From: a virus
Taxonomy: Duplodnaviria > Caudoviricetes
Direction: 5' to 3' (one strand)
Length of the DNA stretch: 26,415 nucleotides
IMG/VR virus record: IMGVR_UViG_3300038530_002606
Location: 1-26,415 of that record
The notes beneath the pieces were generated by a model. It had not been told where the DNA came from and made no database searches. It worked only from the letters and a program-made list of their open reading frames with translations. The translations under genes were made by a program, and so were the position numbers. Below, piece by piece: positions 7,865 through 16,438 of the stretch (position 1 is the first letter of the stretch; every line of letters starts with the position of its first letter).

Positions 7865-10800
7865 AAAATTACTGCCCTTGGATTAGTCCATTTGCAAGAC
7901 GGCTGGGCTGGTGCCCTTTTCCAAATATCCTTGTCGCATTCTGGGTTGTTGTTCTCATCAAGGTTCAAACCGTGTTTGTAGTAGAAGCCGTCACCGGGAC
8001 TGTTTTGGTCATAATACGGTGGTATCCCTGCAGAGCCACCACCGGTGTTCCAGTAGCCTTCTAGCAAATTATTGTAAGACCCAAAAATGCAATCATTCGG
8101 AGCGTCTTCATCTTTGATTATTACAAATCTTCCTTGCCCCTGCCGACCAATAGTCCCTGAACCCGCATCGTAAGAGGTGCCACCGCCTTTGTATTCCAAC
8201 GCAATTTGGAACCCCTTTTCAAACCCTTGAATTGGTCGTTCTTCAAAATCATCGCATTCTCCGGCGGTGTATACATTGCCTCTGTCAAAGGGTTTTGTTG
8301 AAAGCGGTCCGCAACTGACTGACACTATTTGCAAGCCAATTTCATCTTCAAAGTAACCATCAGCCCATTGACCAAGAGTAGGGTTGACTCCGGGTACTCC
8401 CCCACAAGCGTCCAGACGGCAAGCGTTACCCGACCCTAACCGAACAGTTTTACCCTTACCCTTAAACTCGCACCGCACACATTTACCATCGGGTGTGAGT
8501 ATGTCGTCACACGGTGTATCACCACACGCTGCTGGATCGTGACCAACATCTTCACTTGTTTCCCATGCAATTGGCGTACATGGATCAGAATTAGAAAAAG
8601 CAGTTGGTTTTTTGGTGCAAGGTTGCCATTTGTTTACACCACACTGGGCAATGCTGCCGTCTGGGTATGGCTGATTTTCCCAAGTGTGGTATGGGTCGCC
8701 CCAGTTCCCGTTGCCGTCTTCATCTCTAGGGGTGTTTAGTTCTACACAAAGACCGCCAGTACAGACAGTGCCTGAAGGGTTATAGGATTCCCATGGACAC
8801 CAGCCGGGGTCACCCGGAATCGGTGCAAGTTCTCTTCGGCAATTTACATTAGCGTACTTATTGTCGCCGCGCGGAACAAAAGGTTCAATTGTGTCTGGGC
8901 AATGCCTGCCATAGATACCTTGTGGCGCACCTGCGTACTGTCTGCGAGGAATAATCCAAGAGATGACATCGCCAGAAGGCGAAGTGTAATCGCCGCCTGA
9001 ACAACAAGGCGGAACATTTTGACCTTGAGGACAGTTGGGGGAGGTCACGCGCGGCACTCCCTCAGGCACAAATTCGCAACCTTTTAATGTGACAGTCTGA
9101 TCGCCAACGATGTAATCACAGTCTGCTTGAGGACGTTTGCACCGGTGGTAAATCCCATCTGAATCTGGAATTGCAGACCAGCCACCAAGGTTGCCATTGC
9201 CATCGTCGGCAAGACCATATGGGCAAAGTTGACCGGGAGCAGGGCCAAGATAAAGGCGTTGCTCATCCGTAGTCGGTTCGCCAGTGTTTGGGTTGTAGTC
9301 AATTATTTGCTCACAACAGTTTGTGTTGTAGCAGTCAATTTCATGGCAGCAAAACTGCGAGCCGCAGTATGACCCTTCACCACACTGGTGGCCGCCCTGA
9401 CAATACGCCGCATAGTTTCTTGAAACTGGATTAGTCTTAAAAGTGCATGGACTGGTTCCAGTAGGTGTGACTATGGCGGGAGACACATCGTCTGGACTTC
9501 TAAGACCTGAGTAATCAGTAGGGTCAAAAGTCCCCTCAACAGTCGCACCACCCATGCAGGATATGTTTTGTAATACGTTTTCGCCATCCGGCTGCTTGTC
9601 ACCCTGCGGCCAACGAACGTAATCGTCTGGGCATGTGGCATTAGTTGCACCTTGCAGCGGACAGTGCTTGATGCACGGGATAGTTGTTGGCGGCATTGCT
9701 CCAATCAACTCTTGAGCCAACGGGTTGCAACATTCTGGTTTTACAGTGTCAGGATCCTCTCCACAATCAAGGGTGCCTCGACCTTCGTTTTGGCAATATC
9801 TTTGTGCTTCTAAAAAAGCCGCTTGACCAAACTCAAACTTTTGTCTTGCCCTGATATACGCATTGGCAGTTTCTTCACACGGCCAATCCATTTCTACAGT
9901 AATACTGGTGCCTGCATATTTCGCATCGCAACAGTCGTTGTAGGGTTCATTGTAATTCCAAACACCTTCGTCGCTTTGGTCTAGGTCTTTTCCAAACTTC
10001 TGCCACCATTCACCCCGTTCAGTGCAGTCGTTAATAGCACCGCAATGTTCTATGCAGTTAACTGGCTGTGGAATTGGTTGGCATGAACCAGCCACGCAAT
10101 AGCAGTTTGGTCCACAAATTGTGCCTGTAACACAAGGGTCGCCGGGGCAATCACCGTTGTCGGGTATACCGCCACCGATTCCCCTTGCCATTCTGCCACC
10201 ATTAAGGTCTAAAAACTCACTTTCATGCTCGACCTTTGTGGTTATTGGAATGACAACTCTGCCTTCAGCACGCTCAAGCGCGCCTTCACTTTTAGCGACA
10301 GTAAGCGTCTGCTCCTCGGTAAAAATCTGCGGGTGGTCAGACGTTTCGATTGCCGTTGATGTAAGACTCCGACGCCTATGCTTTTCTCGACGCTTGACTG
10401 CGTCTTTCTCGGCATAAAACTCTTTGTTGAAAGCGTTTCTGTAGAGGTTGCCATAACCCCGGAAAAAGGCATCTTTTATGAGATTGTAGGAGCGTTGAAC
10501 CACACCCACGATCCCAGAGGTCCAACCGTTGCAAGAATCGGTGCAAGCCTCACAGGCTGGGTTCGTTGATCCGCCGCCGTATGTTCCTTGTGGGCGTCCT
10601 CCAGATGCAAGACAATCAAAAGTGCTTGTCACAAAACAGTCGTGAACACTGCCCGGTGTACTGCAACGACAGCAAATAACCTGATCGTCGCCACAAGGAA
10701 AGGCAGTGCCACTTTGGTTGAGGCATGGGCCACATACGGCTCTCAAAGTGTTGAGACCTCTGGTTGGGATCTCACCCCAGCGGCCAGAAGGAATGGTCAA

Positions 10801-11163
10801 TTGCTGGAGCCTGCTGGTTATGTACTGCAACGACATGTGGTCGCGGAACCGGTAGCCAAGTGCATAGGGAGTAGCCCGCAGAGCAAGTCTTGTTATTTGC
10901 CCAAAAATCTTACTAGACCTGACACCAAACTCAGTGCTGCGCCAGTTTTTGTTTGGGCCGTAGTGCCACGCTGCTTTGTTTCCAATACGGTCTCTGAAGG
11001 ATGATGTGGACATCTCAGAAATATTGATGTGTACCGAGGTGACCGGCACGGTCTGCGGCTGCGCATCAGAGGGGCCGCAAGTGCAACGGTCAGTGTTGCA
11101 ATCGTTGCAAGGCAGTTCAGGAACTGAGCAACTGCAACAGCCAACCTTTTGCAACATGCTCAT
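7861..11163 (-). CDS. Giant Cys/Gly/Pro-rich tail or receptor-binding protein (1100 aa)
   Basis: About 73 Cys by manual count (~6.6%), many CC and CxxC; no signal peptide; ATGA-coupled at both ends; follows the tail-tip-like genes. Confidence 0.75.
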   Translation of the reverse strand: MSMLQKVGCCSCSVPELPCNDCNTDRCTCGPSDAQPQTVPVTSVHINISEMSTSSFRDRIGNKAAWHYGPNKNWRSTEFGVRSSKIFGQITRLALRATPYALGYRFRDHMSLQYITSRLQQLTIPSGRWGEIPTRGLNTLRAVCGPCLNQSGTAFPCGDDQVICCRCSTPGSVHDCFVTSTFDCLASGGRPQGTYGGGSTNPACEACTDSCNGWTSGIVGVVQRSYNLIKDAFFRGYGNLYRNAFNKEFYAEKDAVKRREKHRRRSLTSTAIETSDHPQIFTEEQTLTVAKSEGALERAEGRVVIPITTKVEHESEFLDLNGGRMARGIGGGIPDNGDCPGDPCVTGTICGPNCYCVAGSCQPIPQPVNCIEHCGAINDCTERGEWWQKFGKDLDQSDEGVWNYNEPYNDCCDAKYAGTSITVEMDWPCEETANAYIRARQKFEFGQAAFLEAQRYCQNEGRGTLDCGEDPDTVKPECCNPLAQELIGAMPPTTIPCIKHCPLQGATNATCPDDYVRWPQGDKQPDGENVLQNISCMGGATVEGTFDPTDYSGLRSPDDVSPAIVTPTGTSPCTFKTNPVSRNYAAYCQGGHQCGEGSYCGSQFCCHEIDCYNTNCCEQIIDYNPNTGEPTTDEQRLYLGPAPGQLCPYGLADDGNGNLGGWSAIPDSDGIYHRCKRPQADCDYIVGDQTVTLKGCEFVPEGVPRVTSPNCPQGQNVPPCCSGGDYTSPSGDVISWIIPRRQYAGAPQGIYGRHCPDTIEPFVPRGDNKYANVNCRRELAPIPGDPGWCPWESYNPSGTVCTGGLCVELNTPRDEDGNGNWGDPYHTWENQPYPDGSIAQCGVNKWQPCTKKPTAFSNSDPCTPIAWETSEDVGHDPAACGDTPCDDILTPDGKCVRCEFKGKGKTVRLGSGNACRLDACGGVPGVNPTLGQWADGYFEDEIGLQIVSVSCGPLSTKPFDRGNVYTAGECDDFEERPIQGFEKGFQIALEYKGGGTSYDAGSGTIGRQGQGRFVIIKDEDAPNDCIFGSYNNLLEGYWNTGGGSAGIPPYYDQNSPGDGFYYKHGLNLDENNNPECDKDIWKRAPAQPSCKWTNPRAVIL

Positions 11164-11867
11164 CTATTACGCCTCGGCAGATTTCTCCACCTTTTGTTTG
11201 CTTTTTGCATCTGACGAGCCACACCCTCTGGATCGTTGGTTTGCGAGCAAGAAACCTGCAAATCGTTTTTTCCGTACAGCCCAATATGCACCCGCCCAAA
11301 CTCGCCCCGAGTAAACACTACGGGGACGCCACCCACACCACTGTCCGGGTTCCGAACTGCAAGTGGCAAAATATTTACGTTGCCGGGTATGGCGGTGTTA
11401 TCTGGGTTGTTTGGCGCAGCCACACCGTGCAAATTTCTAACAACATCTTGGCTGCTTTGGGCTGCTGCTTTGTAATTTGTATCGCAAATATTACGGGCCG
11501 AAATCTGTCCGCCGTCAAATTGGTCTAAAACAAACTTGGGAACACCAATACGTTTCATCATTTTTTCAAATGGCGCGCCCTCTGATTCTCCCGGTGCAAA
11601 CAAAGTGTCGTAAAAATTGAACGCGGGGACCAACACATAAGTGCCTGAATCTTTATCGTCAGGCGCATCGGGGTCATTCAGGCCGCCAGCCTGAATGTAG
11701 CAAAACAAAACGAATTGGTTTGTTGCATCTCCGCCTCCAACGCGGTCAAATAACTGACCAAAGGATCTCTGCGATTCACCGATGCGAGATTCAAGAAGTT
11801 CTACGGTTCGACTAAGTTCGTCAAACTTGCGTTGGAACTCTTCACTAAAAGGGTTTGTTGCTGACAT
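11160..11867 (-). CDS. Putative tail-tip/baseplate protein (235 aa)
   Basis: N-terminal coiled coil (FQRKFDELSRTVELLESRI) followed by a beta-rich region; coupled to both neighbours; assignment rests on position. Confidence 0.5.
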   Translation of the reverse strand: MSATNPFSEEFQRKFDELSRTVELLESRIGESQRSFGQLFDRVGGGDATNQFVLFCYIQAGGLNDPDAPDDKDSGTYVLVPAFNFYDTLFAPGESEGAPFEKMMKRIGVPKFVLDQFDGGQISARNICDTNYKAAAQSSQDVVRNLHGVAAPNNPDNTAIPGNVNILPLAVRNPDSGVGGVPVVFTRGEFGRVHIGLYGKNDLQVSCSQTNDPEGVARQMQKANKRWRNLPRRNR

Positions 11868-12754
11868 TATGAGTAAAGGGGTAAGAAGGGGGCAGATTGG
11901 TACTGCGGTTCGTAAATGATTCTACCCCGTAAACCGTCCTTGTCGTCTTCAAAGGTCTCGATTGCCTGATTTACCCAAGCGGTGCTGCAAATGGAGAACT
12001 GGTAACGTGTTGCCCACGCGACCCCACCATCCCTTTCAAGCAGCGGCCTTGGGCTGGTCTGAAAACCATCCAACCGGACACGGTTGGGGTTCCAAAATCT
12101 TTGTTCTGCGTCAGGGCCAAACGGGACATAAAAGGCTTGGGAGTTGGTTTTTCCAACAAGTTTTGTCCACCCTTGTGTGTAAGGACCATTCTGGTCAATT
12201 ACCAAAGGGGTGTATTGAATGATTGAGCGGGTAAACGGCTGCCGAGTAAGAGCGTCGCCGCCAATATGGGCATCAAGATTAATGTTCGTTGGCGATTCGT
12301 CGGGAAGTTGATTGATAAGTCGGCTGTCGGGAATGCCAAAATTGTTGGTCACCCCGCCAGCGGTGTAAATCATAATGGTGTCGGCAGACACACTACTGTC
12401 AAAAGCCTCTTCTCCGACAAACCCAGCGGTCATTTCTATAAGACCCGGCGTGACAACACGGGCAGTAATATTTTGCAGCAGCACCTGTCCGTAGTACCCG
12501 GTCAAGTGAGTCTTTGAACGAATGTAGTTGCCTACTACTGTGTCTTGGCCAGAGGGATCAGAGGTGTCGGCTCCTACGCCCGCCAAGTACGACCGAAAAG
12601 CAGTCTTGGCGTCAAGCAAAAGACTTGCCTCAGACCTGCCTTTTGTTGCGTCGTACCGATAGAACGACTTCGTAGAAAACTGATTGCCAGTCCCATAGTT
12701 GGAGGTCCAACGGGCAGAAAGGCCACTAAACGGCCTTGTAATTAACCTAGCCAT
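11867..12754 (-). CDS. Putative distal tail/hub protein (295 aa)
   Basis: Aromatic beta-rich sequence. LVGKTNSQAF...VRLDG...WATRYQFSI...W resembles, from recollection, proteins that follow the tape measure in planctomycete-type prophages. Confidence 0.5.
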   Translation of the reverse strand: MARLITRPFSGLSARWTSNYGTGNQFSTKSFYRYDATKGRSEASLLLDAKTAFRSYLAGVGADTSDPSGQDTVVGNYIRSKTHLTGYYGQVLLQNITARVVTPGLIEMTAGFVGEEAFDSSVSADTIMIYTAGGVTNNFGIPDSRLINQLPDESPTNINLDAHIGGDALTRQPFTRSIIQYTPLVIDQNGPYTQGWTKLVGKTNSQAFYVPFGPDAEQRFWNPNRVRLDGFQTSPRPLLERDGGVAWATRYQFSICSTAWVNQAIETFEDDKDGLRGRIIYEPQYQSAPFLPLYS

Positions 12755-13094
12755 TTCTTAACGCCTGCACGATCTTGTCTGGTAGTTCTTGCAGTGCTTT
12801 GAGAATGGGATCATTCTCACCGCCACCAAATTCTGACACTAACCTTTGCGCGGTTTGAAATGCAGCCGGGTTTGAGTCAGCGTCAAACAAACCTTCAGGC
12901 AGGCTTGATGGTAGTTGGAAGTCAGGAACCTTTTGCTCCAAAACTTGCTCCGACGTTTGCTCTGGAGTTTGCTCTGGAGTTTGCTGCGGTGTTTGCGTGC
13001 CACCAAAGACAGATGCAAAAGCATCCTCAAAGGTGACATCTTTCATTTGCTCAAACTGGTCATCCAGCGAGAGCGTCTTCAACGTATCGGCCAC
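12747..13094 (-). CDS. Small acidic protein at the tape-measure position (115 aa)
   Basis: GTG start with a GGAGTGG RBS-like sequence; QTPE repeats; amphipathic C-terminal helix ILKALQELPDKIVQALR. Confidence 0.6.
   Translation of the reverse strand: MADTLKTLSLDDQFEQMKDVTFEDAFASVFGGTQTPQQTPEQTPEQTSEQVLEQKVPDFQLPSSLPEGLFDADSNPAAFQTAQRLVSEFGGGENDPILKALQELPDKIVQALRNG
12936..12995 (-). repeat. Five degenerate 12-bp tandem repeats encoding QTPQ-QTPE-QTPE-QTSE-QVLE
   Basis: Plus strand reads ctccaaaacttg ctccgacgtttg ctctggagtttg ctctggagtttg ctgcggtgtttg. Confidence 0.9.
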
Positions 13095-13494
13095 TGATTA
13101 CCACTCCTACGATTGCGGATTGCCTCATAGACGCTTGAACTTGAATGGACTCTACCACAACTGCTTTGGTGCCTTGGTTATTTGCGCCCCCAAAATCGAG
13201 TTGCAGAGACAGTGTTGTTGACCCACCTGAAATCTGAGAATTCAAGTTTTGAAGACCAAGTGCTGTAGCAGTTACCATGCAGCCTGTGAGACGAAACTGC
13301 GAGTAAGCAATGTCTCCGTGTTCATACACAGGACCACCAGTGACAGAGTCACCCGTGCCAGTGACTTCCTGCAAGGGAATTCTGTGCTGACCACTATATT
13401 CAAACACCTTCATTGCAAACTTTGCGGACAACCCATTTGCTGTGAAGATACCCGTGCCAAGCGCTGTTGTTGGCCTTACTACTTGTGTAGGCAT
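13060..13494 (-). CDS. Tail tube-like protein (144 aa)
   Basis: Size and pattern match the non-contractile tail-tube fold: EVTGTGDS loop, then YEHG...FRLTG, and terminal strands VVESIQVQA...VGVVISG. Confidence 0.55.
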   Translation of the reverse strand: MPTQVVRPTTALGTGIFTANGLSAKFAMKVFEYSGQHRIPLQEVTGTGDSVTGGPVYEHGDIAYSQFRLTGCMVTATALGLQNLNSQISGGSTTLSLQLDFGGANNQGTKAVVVESIQVQASMRQSAIVGVVISGRYVEDALAG

Positions 13495-13497
13495 TGA

Positions 13498-13737
13498 TTA
13501 CCCTTCGTCACTAAGACCTGTCCAGTTGCTCGCGGTTCCGCCCGCCGAGTAGTTCACGTAGAGAACCTCGGATTTTGCAGTGCCGTCAAGTCGCAGGTAA
13601 AGATATGCGTCGTGCCTGTTTGCACCGCTGTTGTTTGGCGCGCCGTTGCCGACGAGCAAGAGGGGTGCGGCCAAGTCGAGTCCGCTAACAGCAGCGGCTG
13701 ACTCGGTAAGTTGCGAAACGATATTGTGTCCAGACAT
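13498..13737 (-). CDS. Small structural protein (79 aa)
   Basis: GNGAP...LYLRLDGT...LYV...W pattern seen in short trimeric fibre modules; TAATG coupling with the adaptor gene. Confidence 0.6.
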   Translation of the reverse strand: MSGHNIVSQLTESAAAVSGLDLAAPLLLVGNGAPNNSGANRHDAYLYLRLDGTAKSEVLYVNYSAGGTASNWTGLSDEG

Positions 13738-14756
13738 TAGTATTGTGTCCCGTTGACTGTGACGCTCACATCCGGCCTACGAAGGATGCGTTTGAAGTTA
13801 GCGTCAGTAAACTTGTGATCCGAGGGGTCGCCGTTGTACCCAAGATTCTCGGTGGTGTAGGCTTGACGATCTAGTTCCACACTGGCCCGCAACCTGTTGA
13901 TGTAGTTCTCGCGGTACCGGTGTGGGGAGTTTGGAAAGATTTTCTGCTCTGCAATAGCAAGGCACGATGCCAAAATTGTTTCGCCGTGGAGTTCGCCACC
14001 CAACGGTTGTTCACCGCTGGCGATTGAGGATGGCTCATTGATTTGCTGGTATCTTAAACGATAAACTGCATCAGGAATTGGATAGATTTGGAGACGGAAT
14101 CCTGACCCTACTGTGCCAGACGCGCCCGTAGTAAACACAGCAGCAGCCAAGGGTTTGCCATCACGGTCATCAAGATATTGAAATTTGTCACGCAGTCTTG
14201 TTATGTCCGTGACCTCAATAGTCATGTCGCTACGCTGAGGGTCTGTCCCGAAGAAACTGTCGAAAACGATCGGCCCCTCTAGTCCAGCGAAATTGACGGG
14301 CAGGCTGTAAGTTCCGTTCATGTGAACGGTAAACGATCTGGTTTGCGCGCTTACACCAGTTTCTTGGTACGACGAAGTAAGAGTTAAAGTGGTGGTACTG
14401 CTTACATTGTTGACTAGATATTTTGCAACACTCCCATCTGCGGCAGTAATAGATATGTGTGAAATAGAAGCGTTGGTCACAACAGAATCCAATGCAGGAG
14501 ACATCTCGATGACCGTTGCGCTATTGTGTGTGACTTTGCAAGTGCCTGTGACCGTAGGTTCAATCGTATTGAAAGACCTTTCTTGCTTCAGAAATGACCA
14601 ACGATGCGAGGCACGTTCTCCCGGCAAAGGCTCTGGTGTATAGAACTGCCGCAACCCACGGTTCATAACGATGTCAACCTCGTCATCGCTTGTTGCGATT
14701 CCGAGTACGCTGGCGATTTCCGCCTCTAACACGTTGTAGTTAACTTCTAGGCTCAT
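13737..14756 (-). CDS. Head-tail adaptor (podovirus gatekeeper-like) with an inserted beta domain (339 aa)
   Basis: Helical N-terminus ending HRWSFL, then YSLPVNF, LQIYPIPDAVYRLRY and a helical C-terminus: the usual adaptor signature. Confidence 0.7.
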   Translation of the reverse strand: MSLEVNYNVLEAEIASVLGIATSDDEVDIVMNRGLRQFYTPEPLPGERASHRWSFLKQERSFNTIEPTVTGTCKVTHNSATVIEMSPALDSVVTNASISHISITAADGSVAKYLVNNVSSTTTLTLTSSYQETGVSAQTRSFTVHMNGTYSLPVNFAGLEGPIVFDSFFGTDPQRSDMTIEVTDITRLRDKFQYLDDRDGKPLAAAVFTTGASGTVGSGFRLQIYPIPDAVYRLRYQQINEPSSIASGEQPLGGELHGETILASCLAIAEQKIFPNSPHRYRENYINRLRASVELDRQAYTTENLGYNGDPSDHKFTDANFKRILRRPDVSVTVNGTQY

Positions 14757-15079
14757 GGTGCAATATAAACGTAAACGTCATAAGTTCCTGATGCCCCGTT
14801 CGTACTACCGACATCCACAGTCAAAGTGCCTTGGACAGCAGTGCCACCCATATCGGTTTGCACAATTTGGTCAGTGCTGCCGCTAGCCAATGCAGACGGA
14901 GTGTGGTTGCCAACAATATCGAGACCATTTGCATCTTTAATTGACGCAAGAGTAAGACTTGCACCACGGTTGTTGACAAGCAAAATTGAAACAACTGCCC
15001 CAAAATGCTCGTCAGGCGTGGTGAAGGTTTGTGTGCTTGCAGGCACGGATATTTTAACTGCGTAAACTTCTGAACTCAT
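14753..15079 (-). CDS. Small beta-rich virion protein (108 aa)
   Basis: ATG 15079 overlaps the upstream TGA (ATGA); T/S/G/V-rich; ends YDVYVYIAP. Confidence 0.65.
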   Translation of the reverse strand: MSSEVYAVKISVPASTQTFTTPDEHFGAVVSILLVNNRGASLTLASIKDANGLDIVGNHTPSALASGSTDQIVQTDMGGTAVQGTLTVDVGSTNGASGTYDVYVYIAP

Positions 15080-15951
15080 TTTCGTCCTTTGCCCCAAGGC
15101 TTTCCTTTTTTGTACTTGTGTGTGGCTGGAAGGTTGGACTCAAGGGCAAACCTATGTGCCAAGTATCCTTCAACGCTATCGATATCTGCAAGATTGCTAA
15201 AGGGAGTGCCAGACAAGGCAGTAGCGGAAACCACAACTATTTCGTAAATCAACCCATCAAATGGATCACATCCGCCCCCGGAAAATTCACCAAGCAGGGG
15301 GGACAGAGTGACATTGCCAGCGGTTGCGCTCATAAAGTCTGAACTTCCAGCGGGTCCACTGTCTGCACCATTGATTCTATTTTGAGCCGTTGACGGGGTT
15401 CTGTAAGAAAGGCAGATATTGTTTGTGTCGCTCGAAAAAGGAGTTGCACCGCTGTTCATAGCCACTTGGTTTTCAGGGTTGTCTAGATTGGCAAAGATTA
15501 CAAAACTCAATTTGCTGTTGTTTCCAGTTCCAGTAATTCGCCACGAAAAAGAACCATCCGCAGCACCAGTGCCTTTGGAAAGAATTGATCTGGCGTTTGA
15601 ATCCAAGGTTGGTTTTACCACAGCAGCCATCATAAATGTGCCAAGACTGTCAAGGGTGGCTATATCACCTGCGCCTAAGAAATTATCACTTCCATCAAAT
15701 TCTACCGAATCAATTCCATTCAGTTTTGCTCCAACGGTTGGCATTTTTCCAGTATCACTCTGGAAGAACGATTGTGCTTCAACTCCTCCGGATGTAATTT
15801 GATTAGTCCACGTCGTGACTAAATCAGGCTTTCCGGGGCTTCCTGCAGTAGTAGACGTAGTGCCACCCTTTAGCCACACTTGGGCGTTATCCATGTTGCT
15901 AGGCTCCCAAGCCTTAGCATAACTACAGGGAAGACTGGATACTGCGACCAT
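15076..15951 (-). CDS. LamG/concanavalin A-like lectin-fold virion protein (291 aa)
   Basis: Motifs VWLKG...VTTWTNQ...NGIDSVEFDGSDNFL...FDGLIYEIVVV...VEGYLAHRFAL...LPATHKYK are characteristic of phage LamG-like domains. Confidence 0.75.
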   Translation of the reverse strand: MVAVSSLPCSYAKAWEPSNMDNAQVWLKGGTTSTTAGSPGKPDLVTTWTNQITSGGVEAQSFFQSDTGKMPTVGAKLNGIDSVEFDGSDNFLGAGDIATLDSLGTFMMAAVVKPTLDSNARSILSKGTGAADGSFSWRITGTGNNSKLSFVIFANLDNPENQVAMNSGATPFSSDTNNICLSYRTPSTAQNRINGADSGPAGSSDFMSATAGNVTLSPLLGEFSGGGCDPFDGLIYEIVVVSATALSGTPFSNLADIDSVEGYLAHRFALESNLPATHKYKKGKPWGKGRK

Positions 15952-16076
15952 CAGCGAACCTTGCTCATAACCCAGTCATAGAGCGGGCGACCAGTCACTC
16001 CGCCGAGGACGTAGAAGAAGAAGAAGGCTCCGGTGCTGGCGAAGAACGAGTCGATCCACGAGGAAATAGAATCCAT
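15951..16076 (-). CDS. Small single-TM membrane protein (41 aa)
   Basis: MDSISSWIDSFFASTGAFFFFYVLGGVTGRPLYDWVMSKVR; its stop is coupled (TGATG) to the next gene. This is the credible part of track ORF 15951..16307. Confidence 0.6.
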   Translation of the reverse strand: MDSISSWIDSFFASTGAFFFFYVLGGVTGRPLYDWVMSKVR

Positions 16077-16438
16077 TTGTGCTTCCATAACTTCCAGCCA
16101 GAACCAAGAACCGTTGCTGTTGCCACCACGCCGCTGGCTATCGCCGTGGGGAGCAGGATGTAGTCCGCGTAGCGTTCCACGATGAACGCCAGCAGAATGA
16201 GGCCCACCCCTGTAATCATCGGAAGTGCGCCCCTGAGCGGCAGGCCGATGAACCGAGTCACGGTCATCAGCACCAATCCGCCCAGTATTGAAATCCCCCC
16301 GACCCAAACGAGTGGGTCGAGGGGGGTTTGTAAAGGGGGAGGCGTTGCCACCTCCGAGATCGAGAGATCAGGAATCAGCGGGCTGGTCTTGCAAGACGCG
16401 AGACTCAAGAGCAGAGATGCGAATGTGGTGATCCACAC
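15995..16438 (-). CDS. Lipoprotein with three TM helices (lysis/spanin-like or membrane protein)
   Basis: Lipobox LLLSLAS-C, a Pro-rich linker, then three hydrophobic segments. Start is uncertain (GTG 16438 or TTG 16480). Confidence 0.6.
   Translation of the reverse strand: MWITTFASLLLSLASCKTSPLIPDLSISEVATPPPLQTPLDPLVWVGGISILGGLVLMTVTRFIGLPLRGALPMITGVGLILLAFIVERYADYILLPTAIASGVVATATVLGSGWKLWKHKWILFPRGSTRSSPAPEPSSSSTSSAE

Noticed and set aside
8863-8871. RGD tripeptide in the Cys-rich protein
   Set aside because: A single tripeptide in a G/D-rich 1100-aa protein is expected by chance; nothing indicates a eukaryotic target.
10366-10395. Polybasic KRREKHRRRS resembling a furin cleavage site
   Set aside because: The context is bacteriophage and the protein has no secretion signal; probably just a basic helix.
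7861-11163. Diversity-generating retroelement target
   Set aside because: No reverse transcriptase and no template/variable repeat pair were seen in the window; one outside it cannot be excluded.
12936-12995. CRISPR-like array
   Set aside because: These are contiguous 12-bp coding repeats with no spacers.
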